In this document: positions 26,065 through 40,694 of the stretch, one piece after another
Layout of the letters: each line of letters begins with the position of its first letter
How positions within the stretch are numbered: position 1 is the stretch's first letter
Source of the DNA: Eledone cirrhosa
Lineage: Eukaryota
Direction of reading: 5' to 3'
Assembly: GCA_964016885.1 (NCBI GenBank)
Contig: OZ024741.1
Location: 174,592,001-174,656,000, forward strand
Length of the DNA: 64,000 nt
Program-made: the position numbers and the translations under genes
The notes under the pieces: model-generated
What the model saw: only the letters and a program-made list of their open reading frames with translations
Told to the model about the DNA's origin: nothing
The model's database searches: none

Positions 26065-26272
26065 CCCTTTTGCATTTACATTATGCTATATTTACTATTA
26101 TATTTTCACGGTAAACACTTTATCTCACATAATATTGAATCTACAAGGTTTTGATATTATTTATTTTGAGAACAATACCTTAACATAAGTATGAGTATCT
26201 GGTTATGGCCAGTTTGAATAAAAAGAGTTGAGAGAATTCTGACTGGATATGGTCGGTTTAAATGCTAAAGGG
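26065..26272 (-). mobile_element. piggyBac-like MITE copy
   Basis: TTAA-CCCTTTTGCATTTA...TAAATGCTAAAGGG-TTAT. Confidence 0.8.
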
Positions 26273-28127
26273 TTATCACCACAATCAAGTCCTTGGGTGG
26301 TAAGCTTAATCCTTAACTTAGCTTAATACCACAATCTAGCCCTTGAGTGGTAAATTCTAATAGTTTGTTTAACACTACCTGCTCTTGAGTGACTTTAGCA
26401 GATCCACTCTGTTGCATACATTCATGCCAAGTCTCTGGTTTGAGGATACCTTCTCACCCTACCAATAGTCTTGGTGGCCCTAAAAAGTCACCATGAGCAT
26501 GGCCCTTCCCTCCTTGATTTAACAGTAAAAAAAAAAAGACAAGAATTTTGCTTTCAGTGCTGAAAATGTTTGTTATTTCAAACTAAACAGCTACTTTAGA
26601 TTCCATTGTTATATAGTCTTTCATGTTATATAAACCATGAAGTGGTTCATTGAAGGAATGATAGAGTGATACCTCTGAAAAATTTTTTGGTATGGGTGTA
26701 TGCATGACAATGTAATAACATCATCATTACTTCAGAATCTGTAGTAGTGGTAGTGGTGGCGGTGGTGGTGGTGGATGAGACAGAGGAGAAGCAATGTATG
26801 TATGAGACAGCTAGTGGTTATAGTGTGTTGGTGGATGGGGCCTTGGAAATCAACTGGATAGTTTTCCTTTGAATGCAGTCTAGGAATTATTTTTCTTCTT
26901 TTTTTTTTTACTGTTTAGTTAGATGTAGGAAGGAATTCTTAATCCAGTGACATGGATCAAATGCTTACAACAGAATGAACACCGCTAAAAGCACTCAAGG
27001 GACAGATGGTGGTGATAGATGAAATCTACCATCCATGGGCCAGATTAAATCTACCCAAAGGCCAGGTGGTGGTGATAAACTATATGAGGGATTAAATATA
27101 CTACCTGAATAGGCAACATTTGAATTTAGAATGCAAAGAGCTAGAACATATACCACAAGGTATTTTGATTGGGACTTCATTTTATTTGTACCAAAATGAT
27201 TAAAAGCAAAGTTGACCTTGGTGAGATTTGAACTCTGAGCACAGAGAGCCAAATTAAACAACACAAGGTATTTAATCCTATATTCTGACAATTCTGCCAA
27301 TTCTCTGACTTACTGGTGTTGTATTGTAATGAGGCAATAATTAGCTTACTGTTAAGAAATAGGAATAAAATAGAAACCATAGTGATAAGAAGCTTTATTC
27401 CAAAAGTAATAAATAAGTAATGTAGGTTTATATAGGTACACTAAATATTCAAAATGCTGCCAGTTTGCAAGTACACCATTATTATGTTTCTTTGTAAACA
27501 GTAAGCTATGGCCCACATTGTATATATAAACATTAGTGTATTTCATTAGTGTATTTCTAATGAAATACTCTGCCTACTATTTCCAAATAATTTTGAAAAT
27601 AATTGAGAATTTGGAGGGATTTAATAATATAACTTTCTCATTATTATTGGTAGTACTGGTAGAGCATCAGATATGCTTTGCACCATATAGTCACAGCCCT
27701 TTACGTTAAAATCCTCTGAGTTAAAATCCTGCCGAGGTTAGCTTTGCCTTTCATCCTTACAGGGTTTGATAAAATAAAGTACCAGTAATGCACTGGGATT
27801 TATTTAATCAACTGTCTCCTTACCCCCAATCAGAAACCATTATTAACCAGGTGCGTGGAGCATAACTTAACAAAGGTCCATACATAAAATTATGATGGGA
27901 AGTTTTAAAATATTAATAAATGCTTTTCGACAATCAGTTTTTTTATTAGAGCACAAGAAGCAGTTTAGTATGAAAAAGGTTAAGGAATACAACATTTTAT
28001 TCAGGTTCTTCTCCTTTCAGTTTGAGTGGTAAACAAACATGACAAACATATCCAGACATTTAATTGCTGTCTCACTTGACTAAGTTAACAAACAACGCTA
28101 TTATGTATTGTATGTGTGTATGTATAA

Positions 28128-28190
<63 letters not shown>

Positions 28191-28414
28191 TCATCATTGG
28201 TATGTTTGTGTGTGTGTATATGCATGTATGTATGTGTGTATGTATGTATGTATGTGTGTGTGTGGGTTGGTATGTTTGTATGTGTATATATATGTATATA
28301 TATGTGTGTTGGTATCTTTGTGTGTATATATGTGTATATGTATGTATCTATCTATCTATGTGTGTGTGTGTTACCTGTCTAACAATCTGTGGGGTTTCTC
28401 TCTCTCTCGCTCTC

Positions 28415-28476
<62 letters not shown>

Positions 28477-29147
28477 GTAATACTTTAAAGTTTACATATA
28501 CCTGGCTTCTGTCAATTAGTTAAATGGAGAAGAAAACAGTGTATGATCTTCTTACAAGAGTGTCTTGTCTTGTTCTTGTCTTTAAAGATAGATTAAATCT
28601 TATCATGTCTCATTTCTGATGTTGATTTGTCTGTTGGTTTGTTTGTTGTTGTTTTGTTTTTATGAAGCACCTTCACTCTCTCTCTTTCCTTCTCCCAATC
28701 TACCTTCTCTCTCTTCCTTCATCATTATTGCCATCATTGTCATTACCTTTGTCACCATCATCATCATTGTTCTCATTGCAACTATCATCAGTAGCAGCAT
28801 CATCATTATCATCACTGCCATCATCATCATTATCATCATTGTCATCATCATCATCATCAACATCACCACAATTATCATCATACCAGCTATAATAAATGTA
28901 GGCAAGATAAAGTCAAATAAAATTCTACAAAGATTATCAAAATCTAATTGATACAATAATGAAATTTGGCTTTAAAATTTACTGTGTAGATTTTAATTGA
29001 CCTGAATATATACATATATGTATATATATTTGTATGCATATATATATATATATCATCATCATCACCATCTTCGTTTAACGTCTATCTTCCACGCTAGCAT
29101 GGGTTTATATATATATATATATGCGTGTGTATGCATATATGTATGTG

Positions 29148-29190
<43 letters not shown>

Positions 29191-30213
29191 GTGTGATTGA
29201 GTGTGTGTGTACATAAGTGTATGCAAATATGTATGTGTATGTATATATGTGTATGTGTGTGTACATAAGTGTATGCAGATATGTATGTGTATGTATGTAT
29301 GTATGTATGTATGTGTATTTGTATATATGTGTAACAGCTGCTGCCAAGAGCATCAACTCTCCTCATTAAATCTGAAACTTGAGTTACTGAAATCATTTTA
29401 AAATATCACAAACTGTCACGTTTTCATCGAGATAAAAAAATTCTTTAGACATTTTTACTGTTTTGTAATAGGTAATTTGTAAATATACAGAAGGAAGACC
29501 AGAGCAGGACAGGTCTACATAATAGAGGAAGACAGAAGATGAAATGGGGAGATGAAATCAATAAGTTTATGGATGTTACATAGGTAAGAGCTGCACAAGA
29601 GAGAAGCAATTGGAGAACCTTCGCCTTGCAGTGAACATATGACTGAGTGTGATGATGATTAACAAGTGGTTTAAGGCCATTCTCTCTGTTAAAGCAAGAG
29701 TTAGCCTTGTGGGCCCTGCATACCTGTCATAGGGGTTCTTTTGAGAAAATGTTTTATGTCCAGATGCCCTTCCTGGTCCCAACCCTTTAGTTGCCTCTTA
29801 TGACACACAGAGATACAGCGTACTTATTCTAACCTGGATTCACTCAGTATGGTAAATCAACACCAGTACAGTACTGAAAAAAAAATAAAGTAGGCTATGG
29901 CAGAATTTGTTTGATCGCAGAACATAAAAGGGCCCAGCTAAATACTGAATACAAATCATTTTGCCTAGTGCTCTACCAATCCTGCCACCCATCATCTTGA
30001 CAATGGTAACAATCTCCATAGTTTGGAGATGAAAATAGTCAAATCTCTTGACTTCCAGTGCTTCTCTGACACTTCTTTCATTAACCCTGCAAAGATAAGT
30101 CACTTGTTGTTGATATTGTTGATCAGTTCTGATGGTACAGATATGTCAGAAGCATTTGACATATAGCCATCCCATCTTTTCTTTTTTTTTCATTAGGGTA
30201 TAGTGTACTTAGG

Positions 30214-30261
<48 letters not shown>

Positions 30262-30694
30262 TTGTCTGTGTAATGCTGAATCTCCCTCACTATTATGTTA
30301 GAGTAGAGAGTTGGACGCCATGCTTTCCAGCATAGTTACGTCCCTTTACGGTCTGAGTAAGGTTAACTTTGCCTTTCATCCTTACGGGGTCGATAAAATA
30401 AAGTACCAGTAATGTACTGGGTTATTGCTGGCCTTGTGCCAAAAGTAGAAACAACTAATATGTTAGGGTACATATGTTTGGAATGCTAAGCCACTTACAT
30501 GTGGAGGATATCCCATTGTTCAAACAACTGGATCAATCATCAGACATGATGGAGGTTCAATAACGTGTGCATATAAATAATATATAAATAATAAATAACA
30601 CTCACATATTATATATAGGAAAAAGTATGACCCCGACGGCAGAGTTCAAGCCGTTTCGACGGCTATTTCTGGTTCCTTACCACAATTTCTTTGT

Positions 30695-30765
<71 letters not shown>

Positions 30766-30806
30766 GCGTGTGTGTGTGTGTGTGTATATATGCGTGTGTG
30801 TGTGTG

Positions 30807-30883
<77 letters not shown>

Positions 30884-31224
30884 ATATATATATAGTAAAA
30901 AAAGTTGTGGATGTTAGTAAACATTCTATACAGTTCATGTTATATAAGGAAAATGATTAAAGAAAAGGGTTTGAAAAGTGTACCTGGTATATATAAAGGA
31001 TCTAGCAAAGCCTGCTTTCTCCGTTTTGGATTACCAAAACAATTTGACCTAATAACAAATGTTTTGATGATCCAAAACAGAGAAAGCAGGCTTTGCTAAC
31101 ATCACTTTTTTATGCATTACATATGTGAGTAAGATCTCAACACAAATACATGCTACCTAAAATTTCAAACTTCAACCAGCATAAGGCATACATATTCTGT
31201 CTTTTAGAAGATAACTAAACTAAC

Positions 31225-31684
31225 ATCATCATTATCATCGTTTAACGTCCATGTTCCACGCTTGCATGGGTTTGGACGGGAGTTTTCCCACTTGAGGCAA
31301 GAGTGGTTGTCTTGCTCGCATAGGACTGTCTGGCGGGTTTTCTACAGCTGGATGCCCTTCCTAACACCAACCACATTTACAGTGTGGGACTGGGAGGTTT
31401 TTACCGTGTTACCTACACGGCCACATTACAGCGTGGACTGTGTGTTTTTTTTGTCGTGACACCTACACGATCTCATTTGTTTCGGCCTGGATGTTGTGGC
31501 ACCAACATAACTTTACATTGAAAGGGGCGGTGTGGATGGGGTGGGGTGGGGGGTGTTTTGTTAGAGATGCCTACTGACTGTAGTAGGTTTTATTTTGTAT
31601 TTCAGGTAAGGCGGGTCTTCTCTATTACTCTAGTACTGCCAAAGATCTCGGTCCAGTGACATTGTCTTGTAGAGGTGTAAGTGT
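31225..31684 (-). mobile_element. RTE 3' UTR fragment
   Basis: Near-identical to 52082-52560. Confidence 0.9.
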
Positions 31685-31851
31685 CAGACATTGAATATCT
31701 ATATCCTTTGCTCTGTACATTACATAGATTGCTTTTTTCCCTTGATCTATTTCTTCAGAAACTCTTGGCACTATTAATATATATGTGTGTGTGTGTGTGT
31801 ATATATATATATGTGTATGTGTGGAAGATAGATGTATGAATATATATATAT

Positions 31852-32180
31852 ATCATCATTCATCATCATTTCATTTTACGTCCGCTTTTCCCTGCTTGCA
31901 AGGGTGGGACGGGAACTGATTCTGGCTTGATTTCTACAGCTGGATACCCTTCCTAACACCAACCTCATTTACAGTAAGTGCTGGGTGCTTTTTTGCCGTG
32001 GCACCTTCACGACCATTTTGCAGTGGAATGATAGGGACCGCAGTCCTATCATCTCATTTCTGGAGCAATGTGAAATAAAGTGCCTTGCTCAAGGAAACAA
32101 CACATCACCCGGTCTGAGAATTGAACTCACAACCTTTCGATTGCAAGGCCAATGCTCTAACCACTAAGCCATGTGCCTCC
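31852..32180 (-). mobile_element. tRNA-derived SINE family A, full length
   Basis: Minus strand starts ggaggcacatggcttagtggttagag (A box) and has gagttcaattc (B box) and an RTE-like tail; flanked by (TA)n. Confidence 0.9.
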
Positions 32181-32628
32181 ATATATATATATATATATAT
32201 ATATGTATACAGACGTACAGTAGTATGTATATATATACGTACATACATATATGTATACAGACGTACAGTAGTATGTATATATATAGATACATGCACACAT
32301 ATATATGTACTCTACCGAACATTTATTATAATGTTTGGTTTGTTTGTAAATTTCGTTTCATTCTTTTCCATTTATATATATATATATATATATATAATAT
32401 GAGGGTGGAGTCTTCGACTTGGCCTGAGCATGGACTCAAACTCAAATGAAATGAAATATATACGTGTACATGTGTGTGTGTGTATATATATATTCTTTTA
32501 CTGGGTTCAGTCATTTGATTGCTGTCATACTCGAGCATCATCTTCAAAAGACGGTTGTCATGATCAGGATTCGATCTTGGTTTACCATGGCCACAACCTA
32601 CACCTAACCACTAGAGAATCATGCCCAA

Positions 32629-32662
<34 letters not shown>

Positions 32663-33660
32663 CCAAAATATAAAGATCCTGTTTAACAGAGAGTGTGAAA
32701 TTGAGAGAGAGTGGGGAGAGTAAGAGCAAGGCTTGACTTGATAGAAAATAGTTCCTATGTTTAGATTGTATTTTGTTTTGGCTATCTTAGTCACTTCAAA
32801 GAAAACACAAGGTTCAAGCAATGAGATAATCTTTTACTTTACATGTTAGAAAGAAAACATACATACAGAGACTCATAACAGACTCACAGACTATGTTAAC
32901 ACACTTAAAGAATAATTTTTGTTTTTAAAGTATATATATCTTTGGCGAGATAATTTTTAGCATTTGCATTAAATTATCTTTCATTTCTCCTCAAATTGAA
33001 TAAAGAAAAATTAAGTAATTTTTTTTTTAAGGAATCGATTTGATCTAATTCCTTTTGTTATTATTATTATTATTTATTTATTTATTGTTTTGGTTTTCAT
33101 TTGGAATGATCAATATCTTACTTAGAAGTTCTAAATTGTTCTTTTTGTTTATTTTTTTGTTATTCATGTTGTCTTGTTATTTTTTTTTTTTTGTGTGTGT
33201 GTTTGTGTGTATCTAAGAATTTTGTAGAATGGCAGCTGTCAGTTAATTTATTTTTCTTACTATAAATATCTACCCTCACACACACATACACACACATTAA
33301 AAGATAAGTAACTGGAAGGAGAATTAAGAGAGGAAGAGGGTGAATTTAGTTTACAGGTTAAGTTAACCAAGGAAAGAGAGACTACTGTAGAACATTGGCG
33401 ATACAAAGACAAGTTAATGTGTGTGTGTATAAATATATGTATGTATGTATGCATGTATATATATATATATATTATATATATATATGGGTATGTATGAATG
33501 TATATATATATATATGGGTATGTATGAATGTATATATATATACATGTGTATGTATGTATATATGCATGTATATATATATGTATGTATGTATATACATATG
33601 TGTGTACATATATGTATATGTACGTATGTAAGTGTATGTATATAAATAAGTCTATGTGTG

Positions 33661-33701
<41 letters not shown>

Positions 33702-34154
33702 TAATTGTGATAAGGAAAACAGATAATGAAAAGAAAAAAAAGCTGTTATGAATGTTTAAAAAAACAAAACTCCCCTTCCTGATGCTAGAGGTGGGGTAGG
33801 GATAAATTTGGATGTCACATGAGAATGTATCATATTTATGTAATGATGTGGGTGAATGTGGAGTGCCTAGCTTATCGGGTGGAGGGTGGCAGCAGCCGGG
33901 GGGGGGGGGGGGGCCCAAGTGACAATAACAGATGAAATGCAGCTAAACATTTTTACAGGTGGCTGCTTCTAAATAAAGAAAGTGACTGGCACTAAAAGGT
34001 ATTGTTTTGTTGTTTCTCCATCGCTGACTCAACCTTCAACTGCAGCAAATATTTTAGAACACTACAAGGTGGAGCAGGGTAAGGGGGCGATTCTAAGTGC
34101 ATTACAGTTATTCTGGTATCTGTTTCTGGGTGACATGATATATATATATATATA

Positions 34155-34207
<53 letters not shown>

Positions 34208-34311
34208 ATAATAATAAAATTGAAGACTAAAATCCAAAGAGGGCTCGATAAGGATAAATATATATCAAATCTGTTATTTAATAAATATATATATATATAT
34301 TAAAGGAACGA

Positions 34312-34523
34312 TCGACTTTCGTCAAATCGGACCGAGGGAACAATGTTTCCGTTGGTCTTTCCAATTGCTAATACTATCTATCGGTCACAACTCCAGGTAG
34401 AAGGAGCAACGTGAAATAAAGTGTCTTGCTCAAGGACATAACGCATCGCCTGGTCCAGGAATCGAACTCACAACCTTACGATTGCGAATCCAATTCTCTA
34501 ACCACTCCGCCACACACCTTCAC
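34312..34523 (-). mobile_element. tRNA-derived SINE with a different 3' half (family D)
   Basis: Head gtggcggagtggttagag...gagttcgattcc...tccttgagcaagacac; the 3' half matches 13995-14085. Confidence 0.8.
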
Positions 34524-35389
34524 TATATATATATATATATGTGTGTAAGCATTAAACTAATATATTTCTTCATTGTGCTGTATTGTTTGCTTTGTTATTT
34601 CTGTTTACTTTTTCTTATATATATAAATATATATATATATATATCAGATAGGGTGTGGTAAAAACCAGGTAGACCATAACCCACCAGAGTACTCATTACT
34701 TGGGGTAGTAGAGTGGGTAATGTGAGAAGATTCAGGACCTGTTGGCTGAGCTCTGGCTGTTTCGACAGAGCTCACCTGCTAGTGTCCTGAATCTTTTCAT
34801 ATATATATATGTGTGTGTGTGTGTGTGTAATTATTTATTATTATTGTTGTAAGATAGATATGCCATGCAATCAAGCTTAAACTGTTTTGATGGTGAAATG
34901 GGAAACTAATTCAAATGGTCTATGTTGACTTCTGTCAAGCTCCCTCTTATCAGGAATGATGTTATATCTTGATTGGCAGGTGGGTGGGATGTAGGGGCAG
35001 TATATTGGAGAAGTGGGAAGTGACAATGAAACCAAAATGAAAATAAAAATCAGAATAAGTATGGAAGTGGAACATTCAAAGAGGTCAAAAAAGGCTAGAA
35101 TAAGTAAGTCATAGAGTTTGTGCTGTTAAAGGTTTTTAATGGAAGCATGGATAGAGGATATGATATGGTTGCATGGCTGGTATCTCCTGGTGTAAGGTTT
35201 GATTTTGGTTAGGATATTCTATTGCAACTTAAAAGATGTATTTTTTCATACAAGTGCCATATGTTGCTTGAAAGTGCATCATTTTCCCAGGCTGCTCTGC
35301 AGAAGGTGTGTTGAGGCGACTAGAATCTCGTTTTGAATTCAAAGAATCTGAGACCTATGTATGCGTTGTTACCTATCAATCTAACTATC

Positions 35390-35421
<32 letters not shown>

Positions 35422-35471
35422 TGTATGTTTGTATGTATATATGTGTGTGTGTATATATATATGTGTATGTG

Positions 35472-35503
<32 letters not shown>

Positions 35504-36389
35504 AAGATAATAACTATGTAAAGATGCATTTGTAAAGTGTAATCATGTTTATGTTGTAAAATTTTATAGAACTGCGGAATTTAAAAAAAAAAACATTAAA
35601 AAATCTTTACGGTATAAATACTCTATTTCAACCTCTAGGTATAAATTGATTATCATGTCGTGGCTTTTGTTGTCTGCAGTTCTTCAAGGAATTCAATAGA
35701 CCAAAAAAAAAATTATAATAATAATGATAATAATAAAATCTACTTCTTCCTTTGGTAGGATATAAACTAGACATTATCCGAAAAATGTTTCATGAAAACA
35801 ATTTAATTAGGCTCATATTATTACACTTTCTTTTGTTAGAATTTTTATTTACTTCTTTGACCTTTCAGCTGTTATCCTTCAAAAACATTAGAGCTATTGG
35901 GCATGAGGGTGCCGGTGGTAGTAGTGGTGGTAGTGGCGCCAGTGGGGTAGGGTGTGGTGCGGTGTGGTGATAATGGTGGTAGGATAGGATATAAAAATAC
36001 AAAGCTTGTGTAGTGATGAGTATATTTATGCTAAATAGTGTGTGATGGCTGCTTTGCTAAAGTTGTAGTAAAGGGGAAATTAACGGTTATTTCTGTCTTA
36101 TATCTATCCATGTCTGTTGGTGATAGAATTTAAGTGAATGAGGCTTGTTGAATATGAAAAGAGTCTAATTATGATTTGATAAATATCAACTTAAAGAAAT
36201 AACACTAGTTTTGTTTGTTTGCTGTTTGTTTACAGTGCCATTTTGTTTTAGAAATATTAAAGAACATTCTATACAGTAAATGAAAAGGTGGCAATATTGT
36301 GAGAGGTTTCTTTCTTTCGTATTTTATTGTGTATTTTAAATTGAATATAGAAATGTTTTTTTCAAACACCTTTTAATACCATCTATGAT

Positions 36390-36770
36390 GTGACCATTGT
36401 CACTACTAACACCACAATCACCAACTACAACTCCACCATTACCACCAATAACAACATCATCAACACCACAAACAACAACAACACTATCAACACTGCTACC
36501 AACACCACCATCAACAATAACAACACCAACAACACAGCAACCAACAACAGCACTGCTATTAACACCACTATCATAAAGAACAATAACAACTCCACTATCA
36601 ACACATCCACCAACACTATCAACAACAACAACAACTCCACCACCATCAACACTACTACCAATACCACTAGCAACAACACTGTTACCAACATCACCAGCAA
36701 TGATAACTTCACCATCAACATCACAAACAACAACACTGCTACTAACACCACTAACACCACCAACACCATT
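36390..36770. repeat. Degenerate (AAC/ACC)n microsatellite
   Basis: Direct inspection. Confidence 0.9.
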
Positions 36771-37138
36771 GAAGGCTCAGTAATAGGCTCCATATTCATC
36801 ATGTCATCATTTTTTTAGACAATGTTCATGGACAGATGCTTTTCCTGGCACCAACCTTTTTAGAAACCCTTGTAGGGTTATTGTGTATCCATTCTAAATC
36901 AGGTATACATGTATAAAAGATTCTTATCTTTTTGTTTTGTCATAACTTCTGAAGATTTGAGTCCATAGTGAGTTGTTTCAGGTTTAGTGGAAACCATTTC
37001 ACTTTGCTTATGATGCACTGGGGCTGTGGCGCATGGACCCCCATTTGCTCACAGTAGTGAGAGATGGGGGGAGAGCTGCAGAGACAGAGGTAGTGACAGT
37101 GGAAGTTTGGTTCCATTGTGTTCGTGTCTGGTATATAT

Positions 37139-37303
37139 GTAAATGTGGTTGGTGTTAGGAAGGGCATCCAGCCGTAGAAAACCCGCCAGACAGTCCTATG
37201 CGAGCAAGACAACCACTCTTGCCTCAAGTGGGAAAACTCCCGTCCAAACCCATGCAAGCGTGGAATATGGATGTTAAACGATGATGATGATGATGATGAT
37301 GAT
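37139..37303 (+). mobile_element. RTE 3'-tail fragment
   Basis: Matches the terminal ~165 nt of the 52082 copy, with (GAT)n. Confidence 0.88.
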
Positions 37304-38779
37304 ATTTATTTACCACATCACATGGATATATGTATAACACACACAAACTTTGGCACTATAACTAATAAATACTCATGGAAAATACCTGAGCAAGGAGAAA
37401 GCCTCAATGCAGTCATTTGATCCTGCTAAAAATTGCAGCAAAATCTCCCTCAAATTGCACTCTGCTGTTAAAGAAAGGAAAGACATATTGAACAATATTG
37501 TTGTTATTATAGCTCACACCTTTTAGCTTTAACCAATCTCCAATAAGCTTGCATATTATAGGAGGTTTGGGGTGTATTTTAATAAGGGCCCTAGTCTTAT
37601 ATCACCATTGTTGTTACTACTCATACCTGCACAGGTTTAGCTGGCCCTACCATGAAGTTGCATCTTATTGGCGGTTTTGAGGTTATTTTAATAAGGGCCC
37701 CAGTTCTATCATCACCAATTTCCAGTTACATGGTAAGAGACGAGATTTGAACTCAAAATGCATTGAGATGGAACAGATAATGCAAAACATCCAGTCCAAC
37801 ATACTAACAATTCCACCACTCCACCACCATAGTCTCTGGTTCCACCTATGATCACAGGTCTTGTTCAATGAGAGCTGAACTGGGGTGAAACAACCACCTA
37901 AACAATACAATAACCCTTTCCCCATAAAATATAAGTATCACTGTGGCTGTTTAAAAAGAAGGAAACATTAAAAAAAAAAAGTTTATGTATAAAAAATTTT
38001 ATAATTAGCATAGGTGTGGCTGTGTGCTTATTCAGCAACACGTGGATTTGTGTTCAGTCCTACTGTGTGATATCTTCGGAAGTGTTTTCTACTATAGCCT
38101 TGAGTTAACCAATGCCTTATGGGGAAATTTTGTTGGTGGAAGTGGTAGAGAAGCATGTCATAAAAATGTGTGTGTGTGTGTAAATATCTCTCCTTGTTTC
38201 TATTTATATTATCATAGCTTAAAAACCAATGCTGTTTGTTTATATTAGTTTATTCCTGTTAGTGGCAGAAAATTAAAAATATAGCAGTTCAACGAATGGA
38301 GATCGATGAAATAAGTGTCAAACTAGGAAGAAATAAGTACTAAGGTCACAATACTTGGCCCAAACTCTTGAAACCAGTGCCCAAACATGATCCCAGTCCA
38401 AATGACTAAAACTGGTAATAAAGAATAATAAAATAATCAGCTGTCCTGAGATAAACTGAAGGAGGATATTTCTTTTTCTCTAGTCTAGAGATGTCTGTGA
38501 TTACTTATACTTATCTCGTTTGAACAACATACCATGTCTCCTTTAATGAGATATAACAGTTAATAAAACAGATAATTGTAAAGAACTTGATAACTTAATT
38601 TGCTTTTATTACAAAAAATAATAATAATACTAATAATAAATAAAGTCGTTGTCATTGTACTCTATTAATTGGCAATCTAATAGCTGCTGCTGCTGTTGTT
38701 TCTCTCTAGAATGTTAGATCTGTATATTGAAGTCCTGTTAATGTTAATAAAGGGAGAGAAAAAAATAATGATGATGGTA

Positions 38780-39705
38780 ATAATTGTTTCTACTTTTGGC
38801 GCAAGGCCAGCAATTATCCCAGTACATTACAGGTGCTTTATTTTATCAACCCCGTAAGGATGAAAGACAAAGTTAACCTTGGCAGGATTTGAGCCCTGAT
38901 CTGTGCATGGTGTCCAACCCTCTACCGATACTGCCAATAATAATTGTTTCTACTTTTGGCACAAGGCCAGCAATTATCCCAGTGTATTACTGGTACTTTA
39001 TTTTATCGACCCCGTAAGGATGAAAGGCAAAGTTAACCTTGGCGGGATTTGAACTCAGTCCGTAAAAGGACGTAACTAATAAGATTTCTGATTTAGGTAC
39101 AAGGTCAACAATTTTGGGGGAGGGGAAAGTTGACTAAGTCAACTCCAGTACATTACTATTACTTTATTTTACCGACCCCGTAAGGATAAAAGGCAAAGCT
39201 AACCTCGGCAGGATTTGAACTCAGATTGTAAAAAGCCATAACCCTATGCCATAAAGTATGTTGTCCGACGCTCCATAATAATGATTTCTTCACAAAACCA
39301 GCAATTTCGAGAGAGAGGAAATCAATGAAATCAATCCCAGTACTTGACTGTTACTTTATTTATCGACTCCTGAAAGGATGAAAGGTGTAGCTGACCTCAG
39401 TAAAATTTGAACTCAGATTATGAAAAGTAGAAAATAATACCACAAGACATTTTGACCAACTTTCTAACAATTCTGCCCATCCACCATCCTTGGTTTCTGA
39501 TTTAGGCACAAGGCCAGCAATTTGATGGGTAACAGGGAAAGTCAATTAAATCAATCCCAGAACTTTACTGATACTTTATTTCATTGACTCTGGAAGGATG
39601 AAAGGTGAAGTTGACTTTGGCAGGATTTGAGCTCGGAATGGAAAGGGCTGGAACAAATGCTGCAAAGCATTTTGTCTACCATGCTAATGAATCTGCCAAT
39701 TTTCC
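38780..39705 (-). mobile_element. Tandem cluster of about five family B SINEs
   Basis: Repeated ttattttatcgaccccgtaaggatgaaaggcaaagttaacc...gatttgaactc units. Confidence 0.85.
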
Positions 39706-39823
39706 TCCACCAATAGCTATAGACTTTTGTCAGTTTTGACAATGAGTGTTCAATCAGCAGAAGAGCCTGCTCATGAAATTAAATGTAAGTAGCTGATCAG
39801 TTCACATGCACATATACCTTTAA

Positions 39824-40044
39824 CCCTTTAACATTTACATTATTCTATATATACTATTGTATTTTTCTGGTAAAGGCTTTATCTTACATAATTATCTCAC
39901 ATGATATTGAATCTATGAGATTTTGATATTATTTATTTTGAGAACAATACCTTAATATCAGTATGAGTAGCCAGTTAAAGCCGGTTTGAACAGAAAGAGG
40001 TGAGAGAATTCTGGCTGGATATGGTCATTTTAAAGGCTAAAGGG
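39824..40044 (-). mobile_element. piggyBac-like MITE nested in a SINE body
   Basis: 221 bp with TTAA on both sides; flanks match the host repeat gagaattacattaagggtaca. Confidence 0.85.
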
Positions 40045-40662
40045 TTAATGTAATTCTCAATAAGATTCAGCAAGTGGGTGACAAGGCTTCCAAACGGTTT
40101 CCATATAACCAATTTTACTCAGAAGGGATGGGTCAGTTATAATTGCCTAAGCTGTCATGCAGTGGGACTACTTTCAGGACCTAATGATTGTGAACTGGAC
40201 TTCTCTAACCAATTGACCATGCTGCCTCTACATCACCATTTATAGTTAGATGAGTAACACAGTGATTAAGAGCTATTTACACTACCATCATCATCATCAC
40301 TGTTGTTCATCCACCCTGCCATGTTAATGTAGGTGGAGTTGCTAAAAAGAAAGTACAATTCATTTGACTAAATACAAATAGGATTTCTGGAATTTCAGAA
40401 CTGCTAAAAGAGTTGAGATTAAACTAAAGCTTGGGATTTTGTGGGGATATATTTCAAATGGATCTGGAAAAAGAAAAAAAAAAACTAAGAATAAAATGTG
40501 TAGCCATCAGTTGGGAATATCTGAAGAGGAACATCTAAGTGGTTTAGATAAGGTTTCTGTAAACGAGATGAAAGCATTGGCAAAATTTTTATATTGGTAT
40601 AGTGAGTCAATTACAGAAAGAAATCTGGGTACATTCCAAGTACTAGTTGTTTGTGTTTTTAG

Positions 40663-40694
<32 letters not shown>

